Below the pieces are notes generated by a model, which was given only the letters and a program-made list of their open reading frames with translations, had not been told where the DNA came from and did no database searches. A stretch of DNA of 64,000 nt from Fimbriosthenelais zetlandica (taxonomy: Eukaryota), in NCBI GenBank assembly GCA_977030845.1, contig OZ365113.1, positions 11,966,001-12,030,000 of the forward strand, given 5' to 3'. This document shows, piece after piece, positions 1-15,054 of this stretch; within the stretch, counting starts at the first letter, position 1; the number at the start of each line of letters is the position of its first letter. The translations under genes were made by a program, and so were the position numbers.

Positions 1-1205
1 GGGATCCTTTTTCCATCAGATACAATATTTCTTTCCTGACCATATTCTATTCCCAAGGCTGAAACTTTTCAGTAGCAATATCAGTTGTGTTATTTTTACC
101 AGACAAAACCTCCCCAAGGCTGATTTGCACCTATCATGTAACCGTGATACGTAGAAATAAGATAGCTCGTATTTTCAGCTCTTATTTTCTGCAGCTTCTA
201 TGCTCCAATGTTTGCTTAAAAGGTGGAGGCGTCTTTTTAAGCTTTCTTGGACAGGCATACGTGCAGTATCTGTCATTTAATTAAAGGACCAAGTTTTATG
301 AGAGAAACTTGGCCAAACCTTCTTGGACGGTGAGCTTCAATGGACATTTATCCCCGTGTTAAAACGGATTATTGCAACAGCCAATATTAATATTTCAGAA
401 CTAATTTCAGACTGGCATGAGATGCTATCGTGTCATTGAGGCCTCGGGAGCAGTAACGAGCACCCAAGGCGGGGAAGGTGTCGCTGACACTGCTCCATGG
501 CTGCTAGAAGAAGGGTCAGAGGTCGCCAACAGCTGCCACTTATCCCCTTGGCACAACCCTTCCATTGCCATTGACATCTCTATCCCAAGGCTCTTCTGGC
601 CCACAATGCTACTGAATGAGTTTCATTATGTGGGGAACAGGCCCAGTGGCCATTGCAGGGGACCAAGGTTGGGACTGAAGGCATTCGCGTAGCAAGCCTC
701 GGGAGAATTATAACTATAAAGGAGGCAGTACGCATGCTCTCCCGGAAGTTTACTCTGGTTTATGGGCTTCCACTCAAGAATCTTATTGCATGATAACATT
801 CAGAGTCATTGGCCAGAATTCTGCAGCTTGATTTCTTGGGGGAATGTGACTCGTCTATTGGTCTTATTAAAGTAGTGGACAAGTGGGTGCCATTTATAGC
901 CCGAGACTGTATAGTCCTTGCAAGATGTACAAGAAAACTATGGGAAATAGTGTTTAAAATGCTTCTGCACTATGGTTATCCATAAAAGATGTTATTTCGC
1001 CATGACTCTGGCCTTATATAGAGAGAATGTGTCAATTGATTGAATACCCTCAGGCTATATGAAGAGCTTTTGTATCATTCATTTGTTGAGTGAAACTCCA
1101 AAGCAAATGCTTATCTATGCACGGTATTGAAGCATTAAATATTGTCATCTCTAATATTTATTTCATCGTGTTAGAGGAAGCCGCTTTTAGGGCTCCTTTA
1201 CTATA

Positions 1206-1328
1206 TGCGAGTCCTTGCGACATGCGATTGACATTCGCAAGTACTTTGCAAACATTCTTAAAGGGGAGTAGCGACAAGAGAATGCTTGCAAACATTCGCA
1301 TGAGAAAAACATTGCACGCATTCGCAAG
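1206..1328. repeat. Degenerate short-motif array (TGCGA / CATTCGCAAG / TTGCAAACATTC), probable non-autonomous element remnant
   Basis: ttgcaaacattc at 1246 and 1286; cattcgcaag at 1232 and 1319; tgcga at 1206, 1216 and 1223, in the opposite orientation to tcgca. Confidence 0.6.
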
Positions 1329-4300
1329 CACACCTAGTGGAGGGACCCTATTAGCGCTTGCTTATCAAAAATTCAGTGGAGCGCAAGTCGGTAAATCCCA
1401 GCTCCGAACTTCTGTCCTGTTCAAAATTTACCATCCTCATTTCACTATACAAACTACCGTACTTGTCTCAACAGAAACTGGAACTCTTAATGTCTTAGTA
1501 AATGCACATATTCTACAGCTTATGGTTTGACTTATGGTTATGGTTTGACAGTCTGGTTGAGCTCTTCACTGGGACTATATTATACTATATACCAAAGCTA
1601 GCTTTAGCAATCTAGGAAAATAGATTGCAAAAAATCATCAGATTGGCTATACCAAGCTGATGCATAAACAGACCAGGGACAAGATTCTCACAATTGCAAT
1701 CATCCTAGCTAGTCCCATTCCTACCATTTGGGGCGCACCCACACTTCTGATAGTCTATCACATTTTGTCTGAGGCACTTATTATACCTGCAGACAGATAA
1801 CAATACTGAGGCAGCGTTGGGGCTACATAATTATTACTCGGGCCATTATTGCCACATTCTCTCGTTTCTGCTCACACCTGACGCATACAGGTTCACTTAG
1901 ATTATCTATACAAACACGGACCAACTGGGCGGGATATTAATTCTGTATTATAACACATATCCAGTTAAATGTCTCTGCATGGGTAGAGTGAAAAGTGACC
2001 ATATGGCCGATATGTATCCAGGTTTAAATAAAGGACCTAAAAAATATATTTCCCATGCCTGTTCTGAATACATGTAGCCTAACACTGTAGCCTAACAGAA
2101 ATATTCTGTAAGTTGAAGGCAAGTTGACCAAAGGCAAATGTATAATAATGTATAGTAAATAATGCACACAGATAATCTCCACAAGTATTGGGACCCTTTA
2201 ATTCACTCAGATAATCTCCACTATAGATTGCATATCTGATACATGTCTCAATTTAATTATCACCGTGATATATGTATTTACTCCTGGGCATCAGTGCAAA
2301 CAAGACAATATTAAAGCCCTAGACTCCATGATGGAAAAAATATTGAAAATGAATGGAACTGAGTAACCGAATATAGGACATAATTTTAACAAAGACCCGT
2401 GTTGCCTATAATCCAGGACCCCATGAAAGATAATAAATAAGCTATACCCCCGAAGATAGACAGGCTTTAATACTGCCTTATCCTCGATTCAGGAAAAAGT
2501 TAGTGGCTGCATGATCTCCTGAAATAAGCTAAGCTTGGTATATTGACCATCCTGAATACGAGATGAAAAGGAATGAGTTGGGGGGATGACGTCCTTTGTC
2601 GTCTGATCTATGATTCTCTTCTCCATGACAACGAGGGATTTCAGCAGGCCCATTGGCTGCGCATGCCTATTGAGAGGATCATGAATGGCTGCAAGATTTG
2701 TGTATTTGTAAGTGTCTGGACAGCACCCCGACACAAATAAAGGAAGAAAGACAGCCTCAGTGGCTGCATTATCGCCCATGACTCAATTTCCGGTTAATTA
2801 CGTAAGCACTGTTCTCTCATGTTCCGCCTATAAACCCATGACATGGGCCATGATTTACAGTTATTATCAGGAATGGATGATTTGCATGTTGGTGCTAAAA
2901 GAGCGAAGGGAATAACAGAGGAACGTTATTCATAACACATATATGTTGGCCAAGTGCGTGTCGTGATTATGGCCACCTGTTTCCTCCCTCTCTCGAGGAT
3001 GAAATTAAAAACGGCCTCTTTCCTACATTTCTCGATCTCAGACTCTAGTGAAAGATGATAAGCTTTCATATCTTATATAGGATAATATGCCAAGCATAAG
3101 GATTTTACAGATCCCAGAAAAGACGATGAGAAAAATTCTTATATATGTGTACCCGTGTACATCTGTTAGCTCTCTGTTAGCATGCATTCACTTCATGTCA
3201 GAATCAACCTCAGTCAAGACATCTTGATCTTGATCAACAATTATGATATGAAAGGCCCACTTCATGTCCTCCTAAAAGATGACTACCTGTAGCATTACAT
3301 CTGTCTCCCAATACATGACACCCATCATTACAACTTGTCACTTCGCCTCCGAGTAACCACTCATCATTTACCATCCTATCTTTTGTTAGCTTCACAGGAG
3401 TGAGGAGGAGGACTGACTGAGGTCACCTTCTGACACTCCTTAGCCGCACTACACATTTAGCGACATTCTGATTTAGGCCTCCTTTATTTATCGTAATGAA
3501 TCATCTCAACCAAATAATCAATCACTTTGTTAGTTTCTGCAGGATCCCATCCAGGTCTGGTCTGTCATCACATGGCCCTTGTTGCCACCCCTGGCAGTGA
3601 TGGATCTGATAAATATCCGTCCGTCGGGACTGGTTTTGATTCTGCCAAGGACGCCATCACGGCAGTTTGGAGCACCTTGTCGATTGGCTCCCCAACAAGA
3701 AGGCTTCCCTACCAAGTCCCTGTCAGGCAGAATAAATCTCCAGCCTTCTCTAGCGTCTCAGCCTTCGTTACTTGCGTCAACTTCTATCAGGAAAACAGGG
3801 TCTAAGCCAACACGCGTCAGTCTGTGTGTAAAAGGCCACACAGCTCCATGCACCAAAAAGACCCAGAAGGATAGGTGCATGTAATTGCCAATGTGCAAGG
3901 TGATAAAGAACGGGATCGTCTCGGGAGATCACGCCAAGAAAAGTCTTGATTGATCACTGAAGACCTGTCAATGAGTCTGAATGCATTGTCAATTTTCATG
4001 AGGTCAGTGCCTTCTTTTCGGATCAACACTGCCTTTGGGGGTGCTGGTTTTGCAATACAATGCCTTCCTGACTTTCAAATACCTGAACTTTTCCAGCCTT
4101 TGATAATGTGGACTGACGACAAAAAAAACCTTCCATAATCTGATGTTCAGTATTTCATGTATTATAGCGATGTTTCCCAGAAGAGCTACTTCACAGTACA
4201 TGTCCAAATCTTCAATTTCAATTTAATCTCCGTTTCATCGTAACCCAATATCCATTGCAACAAGACATCGAACAAGTTTGTCGATTGCCCTGACTTTCTA

Positions 4301-7300
4301 TAGCTCTTTTCCATTATAGGCTATTATGAAATGTCAAAAGCCATAATATGCTTTACATATGAATTATTATCCTGCTGCACCTTTTGAACCAAGATGATTG
4401 ACTTTGAAGACAACCATGCATGAGGGATGACTTTTACCATCAAGTCTGAACATAATATTACAAAATCTCATGATATGGGGATTTAGCTGTGTAATATCGC
4501 GTTGGTCTTTAGACATAAGAAGCAAAAAGAGATGCAAGAAATCATAAAGATTTCATTGGACTTGGTTTCGGTGAGCTTTGCAAGATGTTCTCTTTGGAAG
4601 TATATGTTCCAAAACTTGTGCAAATTAGTTGTCTTTATTCCTGACCATAATTCTACTTACCAAAATAATTTTCGTCATCTGCCATAAGGATAATTTTCTA
4701 GATTTTTCCTCTACCCATTCATATTTTAGGATTTCCTTATCACGAGCCATTGTTTATTGGAGTGCACACTTGATCACCAGTGCGATGCCTCGTGGAAATC
4801 CAGCCATCAATTTGCAGTTCTTAATTAAAATTGATTACTCAGATAATGTGACTTGTGCCATGACAACGGTAAAAAGAGACTTCTTATTTAATTATCAACA
4901 TTCCTGAACATGGTTCAGTGGACATTACTGAGGATTTCCCCTATATTTGACAGCATACATCTATCATAATAGTGCACACATAGAAAGAGGGGCTGGACAG
5001 GATGAACTGATATTATTAAAGCATGATAGAAGTATGATAGGGGATTATATTAGCTTTCACTACCATGCGTGGAGCAACAGTATACACTTGAGTGAGGAAA
5101 ACGTTCAACTTTGCCTCCGCAATTTTGCTGTGAAAGCAATGCGATTAGCAAAGACTGACAATAAATTGTTAGTCTTAGCGTGTATTCAAAAGATGGAAAA
5201 TGGTTTGGATGCCTTTGTACATGTAAAAAGAATGAATCGTTGAGCTGTACAGCATGAAATTGTTATCATTTCACAGTTGCAATGTCATGATTCGCACGTT
5301 TTGTGATAGAAAACCATTGCTTGCCAGTGCTCCCTTATGGTAATGGACTAATTTCAATATTAAAAAGCAATATTTGGACCTTTCTCCTCAGAAACTAATT
5401 ATTTTGCTTTTTGAAATCATTTCACATTGAGGCTTCCTCTTTCGACGTGGAAAAAAACTGCTCATAATTCAAAATTAAACATGGAACAAACACTTCCATC
5501 TTAACTTTTATTCCAAAAGATGGAGTAGGATTTGTCGCATCCACTCTCCCAATCATCACGTAATGGGGTCATTTACCACCAGATCCTGGGAAATTCAGGA
5601 AGAAATTCAGAGAACATCATCAGGTTGCATGCTAAGGATATTCGGAGGATATTCCTGCCAGGTCTCCAGTCTCTTTGATTTGAGCACTACAGGAATCCCG
5701 AACTGAATTCTCATGAATCCTCACACCTATATTTTCAAGCCTTGGGACATGCACGAACATTTCCTTTACTATTGCCGCCCCTCTGTAACCTCATCTTAAC
5801 ATTTTTTATGTGGAAACTGATGTTAAAATTCACTCCTCATGTCATGAGACATACAGACGCATTAAAATACCCCAGAGACACTTAAGTATACCTTCTACAC
5901 ATTCTACAACAAACTATGCTTATAGAAAATGAAGGCTTAGGATTCTTAGCGAGGATTCTTCATTTGAGGTAAAAAAAAAAAGCTTAAACAATGATCTAAT
6001 GAGATTCCCAGTTTAGATTACTTGTGTAATGGATCTGACCAGAGTAGAATGGATGAAATGAATGGATTCTATAGGACTTGTTCTATCCACATGAAATGGA
6101 GAGAAATATGACTCCGGGCTTGACCTCACTGCATCATATTAATAATGGCCAGTTTGATATAGGCCAGCACCTGAAGGCGGCCTGCCTCATTGTGTCCCCA
6201 GCTTCCACGTCCCTCTGCTCGGTGATGAATTCAGGCATGTTGTGAGAGGTCCATGAATGGAGTCTTATATTACATTTCTTGCTTGCTGCCAGTATTATGC
6301 CGTTATATCATCCATGTTTCTGCTCCGGCAGTTGTAATTAACCTGTGTTCCCGTACCGCATGCAGTGTAACAGCAGCAATCCTCTGTAGGCCTCTTTTTA
6401 CCTCCATCTTCATGATATCTGCACCTAAATATGAGCTTACTCAATGTTATTTCCCACCCCCCTAGGACGTACTAGGAACATTTCTTTGATGAATTATAAT
6501 AGTCAGAACATGCACCCTCAAAGGAAGCATCGGTGTTCAATGCCTGCTTCTTTCTATTCTTGCCTATCCCCCCCCCCGCAACCCCATTACAAACACGTCA
6601 TTCGTTGTAATTCTTGATATTCCTTTCTTGGATGCATATTATCTCAGTTGAACAAAGGTCACTTTCGGTGGGGAGTAGTGGAGGATGGGAACCGAGAGAT
6701 TATAGTCGATGGTAAGCTTTATTAGGGAGGACCCCTGCAAGGTGGCATGGGTGACATTTAGCACACGATTTGGAGCAGAAAAAATGGCTAAATGGCTTCA
6801 GAAGGTTGTTAGATGGGAGGAGGAGGAGGAAGAGTTGGAAATTGTGTTTCATAAGGCATCGGCCCTCATGTTCATATTGCAGGGCCAGGTCATTTCCTTC
6901 GGAGTTCCCCTATATGGCATGTTCACACTTACACCAAAGAGACAAATGTCTGCAGGAGATGGGAGTCATCAGTTAGATACGTACAGTATAAGTGATGATG
7001 CTTAAGATGAAACTCAATATGTAGAAGTTCTCAGGCCGCAAATGATGTGTTATGTTTAAGTTATTCGGGTAAAATATAAAATTTTCTTTTCACAGTTTAG
7101 GGAAAAAGCTTTTTTTTGTTGTGCATGAGGCTGTGCCAAAACATGGTACTAGGATGTCAGTAAGAAGGAAGATAGTAAAGGATATGTCATGTACGTCTTC
7201 AGGACTGTGCAGTACCAAGCACTATAGTTGCTAAAAATAGATCACACGCCTTTCTCAGTGAATAATCTCATGGCAAAAAAGAGTGGGCAAGATGTCTGCA

Positions 7301-10300
7301 CAGACATACAGAATGTGCGGGATATCTGCAAGGCTGGCGCTCACGGTTGTCATGATGAATATATACCTCCCATTCCAACTCCATAAACACTACTGAATTA
7401 GGTAATATTTTTTCATTAGGCAAGGAGGAAGGAATGCAGTAAAGCATCGCTCACAATCCCTGTCCCCCTCATCCCTAGGGGAAGAGGCAGCTTCTCTTCC
7501 TCCTGCCTCACAGTCGCCATTAAAAAGATTAGCATCATATCTCGTTTGTATATATGCGCAGACTCCTGCCTTTGTTTATGCCCAGTTTCTACGAAGTTTG
7601 CTGCATGATTGTGTATGTATATTTGTCGCCATGGTAATGGATAAGGCCTTTTCCTGACCTTGACTGGCCATTTGTTCATTGATCTAGGTAATAAGACAGT
7701 CACCCTCCTCTGAATATATTGCTGAAGTGATAGATACGGCGGTTGATGGGTCTTGGCCTCTGGGACTTCTTCTATTTTACCCTGGCAAAGTGGAGGGATG
7801 GAAACATTCACTATTCTCCTCTTACAACCTTTCCTTTTCCACAGTAACTCACAGAAAAGTGATGGATTACCCAGAGTTAGAGGGTATTGTTGGGGGAGGG
7901 GTGTGAAAGGAAACTTTAGGGACTGCCTGGTGCTCTGTCTTAGCTTGGACTCAGATTTATTGGACTGGTCATGGCTCGGTTGATGGGCCATTTCTCCTAG
8001 TTTGACTTTTCCTTCAGGCGTCCTATTCTGACAGGATCTCATACATGAATAGAGGAGATCCTAACCCATTGTGAGCCCTAAAGGTTGGCGTATAAAAAGT
8101 TTTATTGCAGTGGAAAGGGACAAATAAATCCGCTTATTACCGTCAGAGGAGAAAAAAGAATGGTGTGAATGCCAACCATTGTTATATGACCACCTAAGCT
8201 AGTGCTGAAAGTTTCCGCCACGCCAAGTTTTTGTGTGACGATTGGTCCAGCTTGGCTCCTTTGGTAAAAGTGGACGTATCTACCTCTATATGTACTTGTT
8301 CTGACAAGGATATACATGTTAGTGATTCTAACATATTAAAAGTTAAATTTAGATGTCAATAAGAGGCAAGGCTTTTGACAATCTAATACTAGAAATGACT
8401 ACATGTAAATTCGTTCCCTTCCCCAAGGATTTACTTTGATATAATTAGTTGTCAGAAGGATTTTGGTTAGCTTTGTTACACTTCCAATTTTGTCTGGTAT
8501 TAGTGAAAAAAAGTTAAAGTTGTAATGTGTAATTTTATACGCTCATTCTCTTTTAGACAGGGATTGATGAATCTGTAGCAATCATTTTTCCTGTCCGCCT
8601 CACAAGAGGAATTAAAACACGTTTCCATTAAGTAGCACAATGCTTTCACGTTCGTTACATGGTCCTTTTCCATTGGAGATAAAATAGTTGGCCCTTTTTC
8701 CCACAAGATATTGATTTATTTCCAAAAATGCCCCACCATTCTGTTAATGCAACAGCCACAGCCTCGGCAAATACATTCACCATCAACGTTAAAAACATAA
8801 ACAGGAAAGGAAACTTTAAAAAGATATGAATGGGGACCTGAAGTAACTTTGATACTGACTGAAGAGGGGGAAACGTTGCATCAAAACACTTATCATACAA
8901 GTTTTTGTGTGGGTGCTTTTAGTTAAATCAATAAAGCACCAATGGGGTTATGCCACAATAAAAAGATATTATAGCCTACATGGCCACAGATATAGGCCCT
9001 CTGGTTGGCTAGTGAGCATAGAGACGAGTGGTGAAGGAAATTGTGGAGATCAATGGGAAGGAAACTCGGTGGGGCGATGTATGATGTGGGCATTGTTCTC
9101 TTCTAATCAATAAAGCACAGGCCATATACAAAAACCTACTCTATGACCAGGCAAAAAGAAGGCAAAAAGTCACCGCCATCAATAAATAAGACTTCATTAA
9201 GGTAATAAAAGCCCTTCTTTAGTTTTACTCTAATACTTTTCATACCTTTTTATCCAGCTGATTGTGAGCTCATCCATGGATTCATCAACATATTCATAGA
9301 TCTGCAGTGCATCGTATTAAATTACATTTAAGAGGAATTTACATCTAAAATACGGTATTTTAGGCTCAGATTTGCCTGGGGGTGGATGAGAGGAAATTGG
9401 CGATATTGCCTTATAACAATTGTTAGTCATTATGCACCTGCTGTCTTGTTCTCAAGTCATTGTATGATATGAAAAAAAATGTACAATTGAGGCTAGGCTT
9501 AGAGGCTCATGACGATAATCTTATATGACTTATAATGGTATAGCCTCCAGGAAGGATGAGAATATCCCAATCCTTGATACTGCACTAATGTCATGCCGCA
9601 CGTGTGCCCTTCTTATGTTAAGAAATCCCCTTGGCATCCATCTTAGACGATAATTCCTGTATATTGTGCCTTCAACTAAATGAAATGCCTTAAGGGACCT
9701 TAGAATGGTTTGCAAATATAAAAGCAGAAGATAAGACCAGGAGCCTGGCTATTAGCATATTGCCACATTCAGCTCAACCTCTTAAGCTATTTTTAGACTC
9801 ATATTCTTTATTTCATGAAACAATGGAACCGCCTTCACCATCAAAAACTAGTTACCACCACCCAATTAAGAATTACACGTTCAAAATCGATTTAAGTGCT
9901 TCTTTTGTTGGCATTTCTATTATTGGCTGCAAATTCCATGTCCTTGCATTTACTTAATTATCGCCAGCTCCATTTGCTCTGAGGCCACAAAGAGAATGCA
10001 TACAGTTTCAGATATTAACATGTGACATATGACTAAGAATGCAAATACCCATAAAACCTTTTTGGGATAAAATAAAAAAAAACTTTTTGGGAATGCTGTA
10101 GTATACATTTAAATTACCTGTAATTCTATGAACAGAACTCCCCTACCTAATATTCCCCTACGTCTTTTTATGTAGCTCTGGGCTAATTTTACAAAAAAAA
10201 ACGCAATGATTTCAAAATAGTTGCCATCATGCATGGATCTTTTCATTCAAAATTCCGTGCGATCAGAACATAATCAACATTCATCGATCTGTAGAAATGA

Positions 10301-13300
10301 TCTGAACAGTGGATTGCCTTTTATTGTCATGTATTAACGTAATTAAATACGTTCAAATGGCCAAAAATCTTACAAAGTCAAATTACCAGTATCGAAGGGC
10401 ATTTATTTCTCGTGTGTACATAAGTTTGACATTTAAATATGGTATACTTTTGAGGTATTATCCTATCAGAGTAGTATGGAGTAATGTTCAATGATCACTC
10501 TAAGGATATTGAGCACGTTTTTGGATTTGTGTCATTGAACATTTTCTGCCTTCGAATCTCCTAAGTTGCCTTCCTACCTCAACCAGCCATTCTAGAGCCT
10601 ACATATTCCCCCAACAGTGGCCAAGGTCCAATTCTTACACATAGCTGCTCCCATTGGTACAAGTCTCCAGTCACTCCATCTCCCCCGTCTAAAGGCTTGC
10701 CAGCTATATCCCACGTATCCCTCCCGGTAACAATCAGATGGATTTATGAACCTCTCAGCCAAGTCTAGCATGAACATGTGGTCTGAGGACCGATCGATGG
10801 CGGATGAATCTGTTGAATATGCCGGCCATCAGGGACTATTCTGCCCTTTGGCTTCATGCTTTCTCTGCCACAAGCTGTCAATGGAGATGGGCAAAAAGCC
10901 GTCACTTACTCCTTCTCTGACCTCGAGGCGTGCTCGATTGATAGGCCTAGTGAATTGTGTTACTCCGCTCCAGCCAGTTGACAAGTGCCAAAGACACACT
11001 CCCGACGTTATTGAATTGCATCGAACCAGAGGATTCTCTAGCCAGTGGGAATATCTATTGATTGAGGCACGTGGGTGTTCTGCTCCCTGACAGACAAAAT
11101 GATTCCTTTCACTGAAGACTTCTCTTGATTTCTAACATTGATAATGTTCAATGGTGGCAGATGAGTCAGCCTCTTAATTGAAAGACATTTTCAAATAATC
11201 GCCTGAGATGTCTGTATTGGGTCGACTGAGAATAATAAGCTCCTTTTATCTAAATTAGAATACCAGGGGGACAGGCGATAACTTGATTTGATTCTTTTGA
11301 GCATGTCCTTCCTGGGCCGGTGTGGGTCTGAATATGAATATTTCATGAGAGGTAAAGACTGGCAATTCAGAAGAACCCTTTTAGCATACATAAGGACCCT
11401 CAAATTATAAAAGCTACCAGTACCCCTTGCAACAATCATATACATGTATTTCGAAGATGTTCAGTGCCTTCTTTTTTATCTAATGAAAAAGAATAAAATA
11501 AATTCTTTGATTAGTGTTAATTATACCCTATATAAGGGTTCCTTCCTAAGGAAGACCAAAATAAGAATTATATAGACAATTATATTTTGCAAACACAAAT
11601 CCTAAATGGGAAAAAGCTTTTCAACAAGATCCAAAGCTTATATCAAAACTTTTTATTGTACTTTCACATGCTGGAAGATATAAAGCACAGTGGGCGTTCC
11701 TGAGCGGCAAGGTATAAATATCTATATACTCTATTAATCGATATGAGGAAAGAATAAATATCTAAAAGCTTGCATCATACTCCAATATTGATGATGTTTC
11801 ATGTTACATGATCATTTATCTCTCTTACCTCTGAATGCAGAGACCAATGGTTAACACTGTATGTATATAGAATTCTATACATGATTAATACGTATGATTA
11901 ATGTGTTTATAACAGTATTGGTCTGTCTGTAGTTTTCAAATATCCCTGAAACTTCCACCCCCAGATAAAAAAAATACAGGCAGTACATTGCCTTCAGTCC
12001 GCTTCAGACCACAAGTCCTGGACCCACTATTTCAGTCGGTTGAATCAGTTGATGAACACAAAAAGAGTCTGATGTCTTAAAAGCCACCTCCCACCCATCC
12101 TTTGATCTAATATTAATGTTCTATAGAAAGTTCTTCAAATTTAGACATCCCCCATTCTCTGATGTGTGGTTGCTCTAAAAGGAGCGGGAAGAAATGAATT
12201 ATGCTCCGTTACCTACTACATTATCAGAGTCAGATTGATTCCCATAATGTCTGTACATGTTTGCCGAGACCTGAGTGATGTTTGGTCCCGAATTTGAATT
12301 AAGGATAATGAAAAGTCTTCAAGAAAACTGCTTTTAATGACAATCAGATTACTTTTAGTGCAGTGAACCCATTTGGAAGGCTTACCACAACTGTTCGCTG
12401 GCTCCGAATGTAATTTAAGCGAAGCAATTTCATTAGATCTGGTCTGATGACATTGCAAGAACAATTGCATGAGAAGGAAAAATGGATATTTCGTATAACA
12501 AGCATAATTCCATCCCTCCATTAGCTCTTATTAGTGTTAGCTATTTGCATGAAAAGAGGAGAAAGATTGGGTAACAGCTTGATGTTCAACACAACACATG
12601 CATATTTCATTGATGGTACACACAGGCAATAAAATCCCATTTGATTCAAAGTATCGTTTCATCCAATGGAATAAACCCCAGAATATTGAAAATAAATTAT
12701 ACATGGTGTGCAATGTTCAAGAAGCAGTTTACTGATAATTACTACAGTACTGTCGCTGACACCGACAAAAGAAATTCTGAATAAAGAATAATTTAATGGT
12801 ATTTTGCACACAGAAAATTCACCTGAACATCTCAAGCTTTGCAAGTCTTGCCCTTCTTCATGTATCCAAGCAATGCATGCCATGTAAGTGCCTTTAATAT
12901 CGATGGGGAAAGACTGAACACTGACTAAAAGGATCCCCTGAGAGGGGAACTACACACATTCTGCACATAAATGACACCTTTGTAAGTAAACTTGACAGCT
13001 CTGCTGTATACAGAAAGAGCAATACTCAATGCCTTCATCAATTATACAATACAAGGGATTTATGGGTCTATTGTGTTCATACATGTAAAGGGCTGCCTGT
13101 CAAGAGACATGTCACGGTCATATTTGTATGATCTGGAAATGCCACTTGTTCCGTTTCTACATCCATTATGCTCTCTAATAATTTGCTATCTGTCACTTTA
13201 TGTCGCTTGCAAGCTGGCTGTCAACTCCCTCAAGTCCTTACCGTTCCATTCTAATATATTATTTCTTGATAATCGTATCCATCAGATTAAATGATAATCA

Positions 13301-15054
13301 TATATATAATATATTTGAGCTAGATGATAACAAAAACCCAGAAGGTGTTTTTCAGGGAGTCGATTCAGTTTGCCAATTCTATTACGCGGGAGGTGGGAGG
13401 AAAGTTCAGTGTCAAAGATTCTTCAGTGTTATCTAGATCTTTATTCCATTGTGGCCCTTATTTTATTGTTCTCTGTATTGTGTTTACAAGTATGACTATG
13501 TAAGTTAATTTCCACTCCCAACTATATACTTCCATTTGCTGGATAATGCTTATAGACCTTTCTTAAAATGCAAACAACGGACATGACCCCGGGGCATGCC
13601 ACTTTCCTGTTTCTTAGTCATTTGATGTATGTGTTGGGTGTTTTTGTATTCCTTCAGGGAACCACAAGTGTAAAGTGGTTATATATCAGCCTAGTCCCGA
13701 GCGATCCAAAGTCATTCAGCAAAAGAAGCCTGTTGTGACAGGGATATATTCAGCGTCAGGTCCTTGGGATTTTAGTTCACTTCCTTTGTTACATTAAAGT
13801 TAAAAAATGAGGCTGTATTTACAGGCCCACTTGACCCCAATAGGAAGGGAATAAAAGCCTAAGAGTTATTTTTCAAACTTAATAGCACTTCAAATTCCAT
13901 TAGGACCCCACAGTGAATGAGTAGGGGAAGTGATATGCTGCTTTTTGATAGGATAGAATCGATAGCATGGCAATCCATTTGCGACCTTATATAGAGGCTA
14001 TGCCTTTTCAGAAAAGCTGGTAAAAGTCCTTGTATATTATAATGCGGAACAAATATCTGCATGAAATCTGACAGAAACCAGAGATAAATTTAATTTTAAA
14101 TAGAGTCATGGAAGATTTCAACTATTTCAGCGATTGGTTTGTATAAATAGCCTTATGGTTCTGAGAATAAAACCACGAAAAATGGCTGTAGCACAGAGGG
14201 GTTTCTTTGATGCATTGACATTGGCATCCACCAATATACCGTTCTCTCAGGTGGACGCACTTGATATGCCTTTCATGACAGAAATCACTACTAACCTATA
14301 GATATAGATGAAAGCAGAGTAGTTTAGGCCATAAAAACTCACTGCAAAATCGTGTCCTACGGGGACTAACTCTGTGTACACTTGTCATGTTTCATCATGA
14401 AATCCAGGACCTTTCTCTTCCTATAGGGATGACGTCATGCATATAATTAGGCCCTCTGTATAAGTCCGCTGAGAATGATACCACCAGGGGACTTCCAGGG
14501 CATTAGCAATCAGGGATATTTTGATCAGGCGATGCTGTATAGAGAGATAAGGTTCCATTGTTATTGGAAATTTGGCCTTATTTCACACCCAGCAGACCAA
14601 TATTGCATCATTCAATCAGTAGCATATTCCAAAGGCTTTCTTGATTAAATACCGCCCGCATGAACAAAAAGCCCCCGGGAAGAAGGCCTCTTTCCTTTCC
14701 CATGGGTAGGAATTCCTCCCTTTCTGGATTGTCTTTTTCAGACTCAACTTGATCAGTGTATATTAGAGCATCTATATATGACACAAGCTAATTCATCATC
14801 TATACATATTGCAGTGGTTGTGATAATATAATAACTCTACAGAATAATCATGGGAGCTACTCAAATTGTCGGAGGGGTGGGGGCCTATACATTTTGGGAG
14901 GAACTGATTGATTAAATGCATGGTCTCCTTCTCCAAGTATGTGGGGTGGATAGGTGGTCTGAGGGTGCCAAGATTGGTAGATTGGTGTTGAGGATGAGGG
15001 GAGAGGGTGGAAGTCAGGATCGTTTTACCAAAGCATTTGCCAATTTGTCAATTA

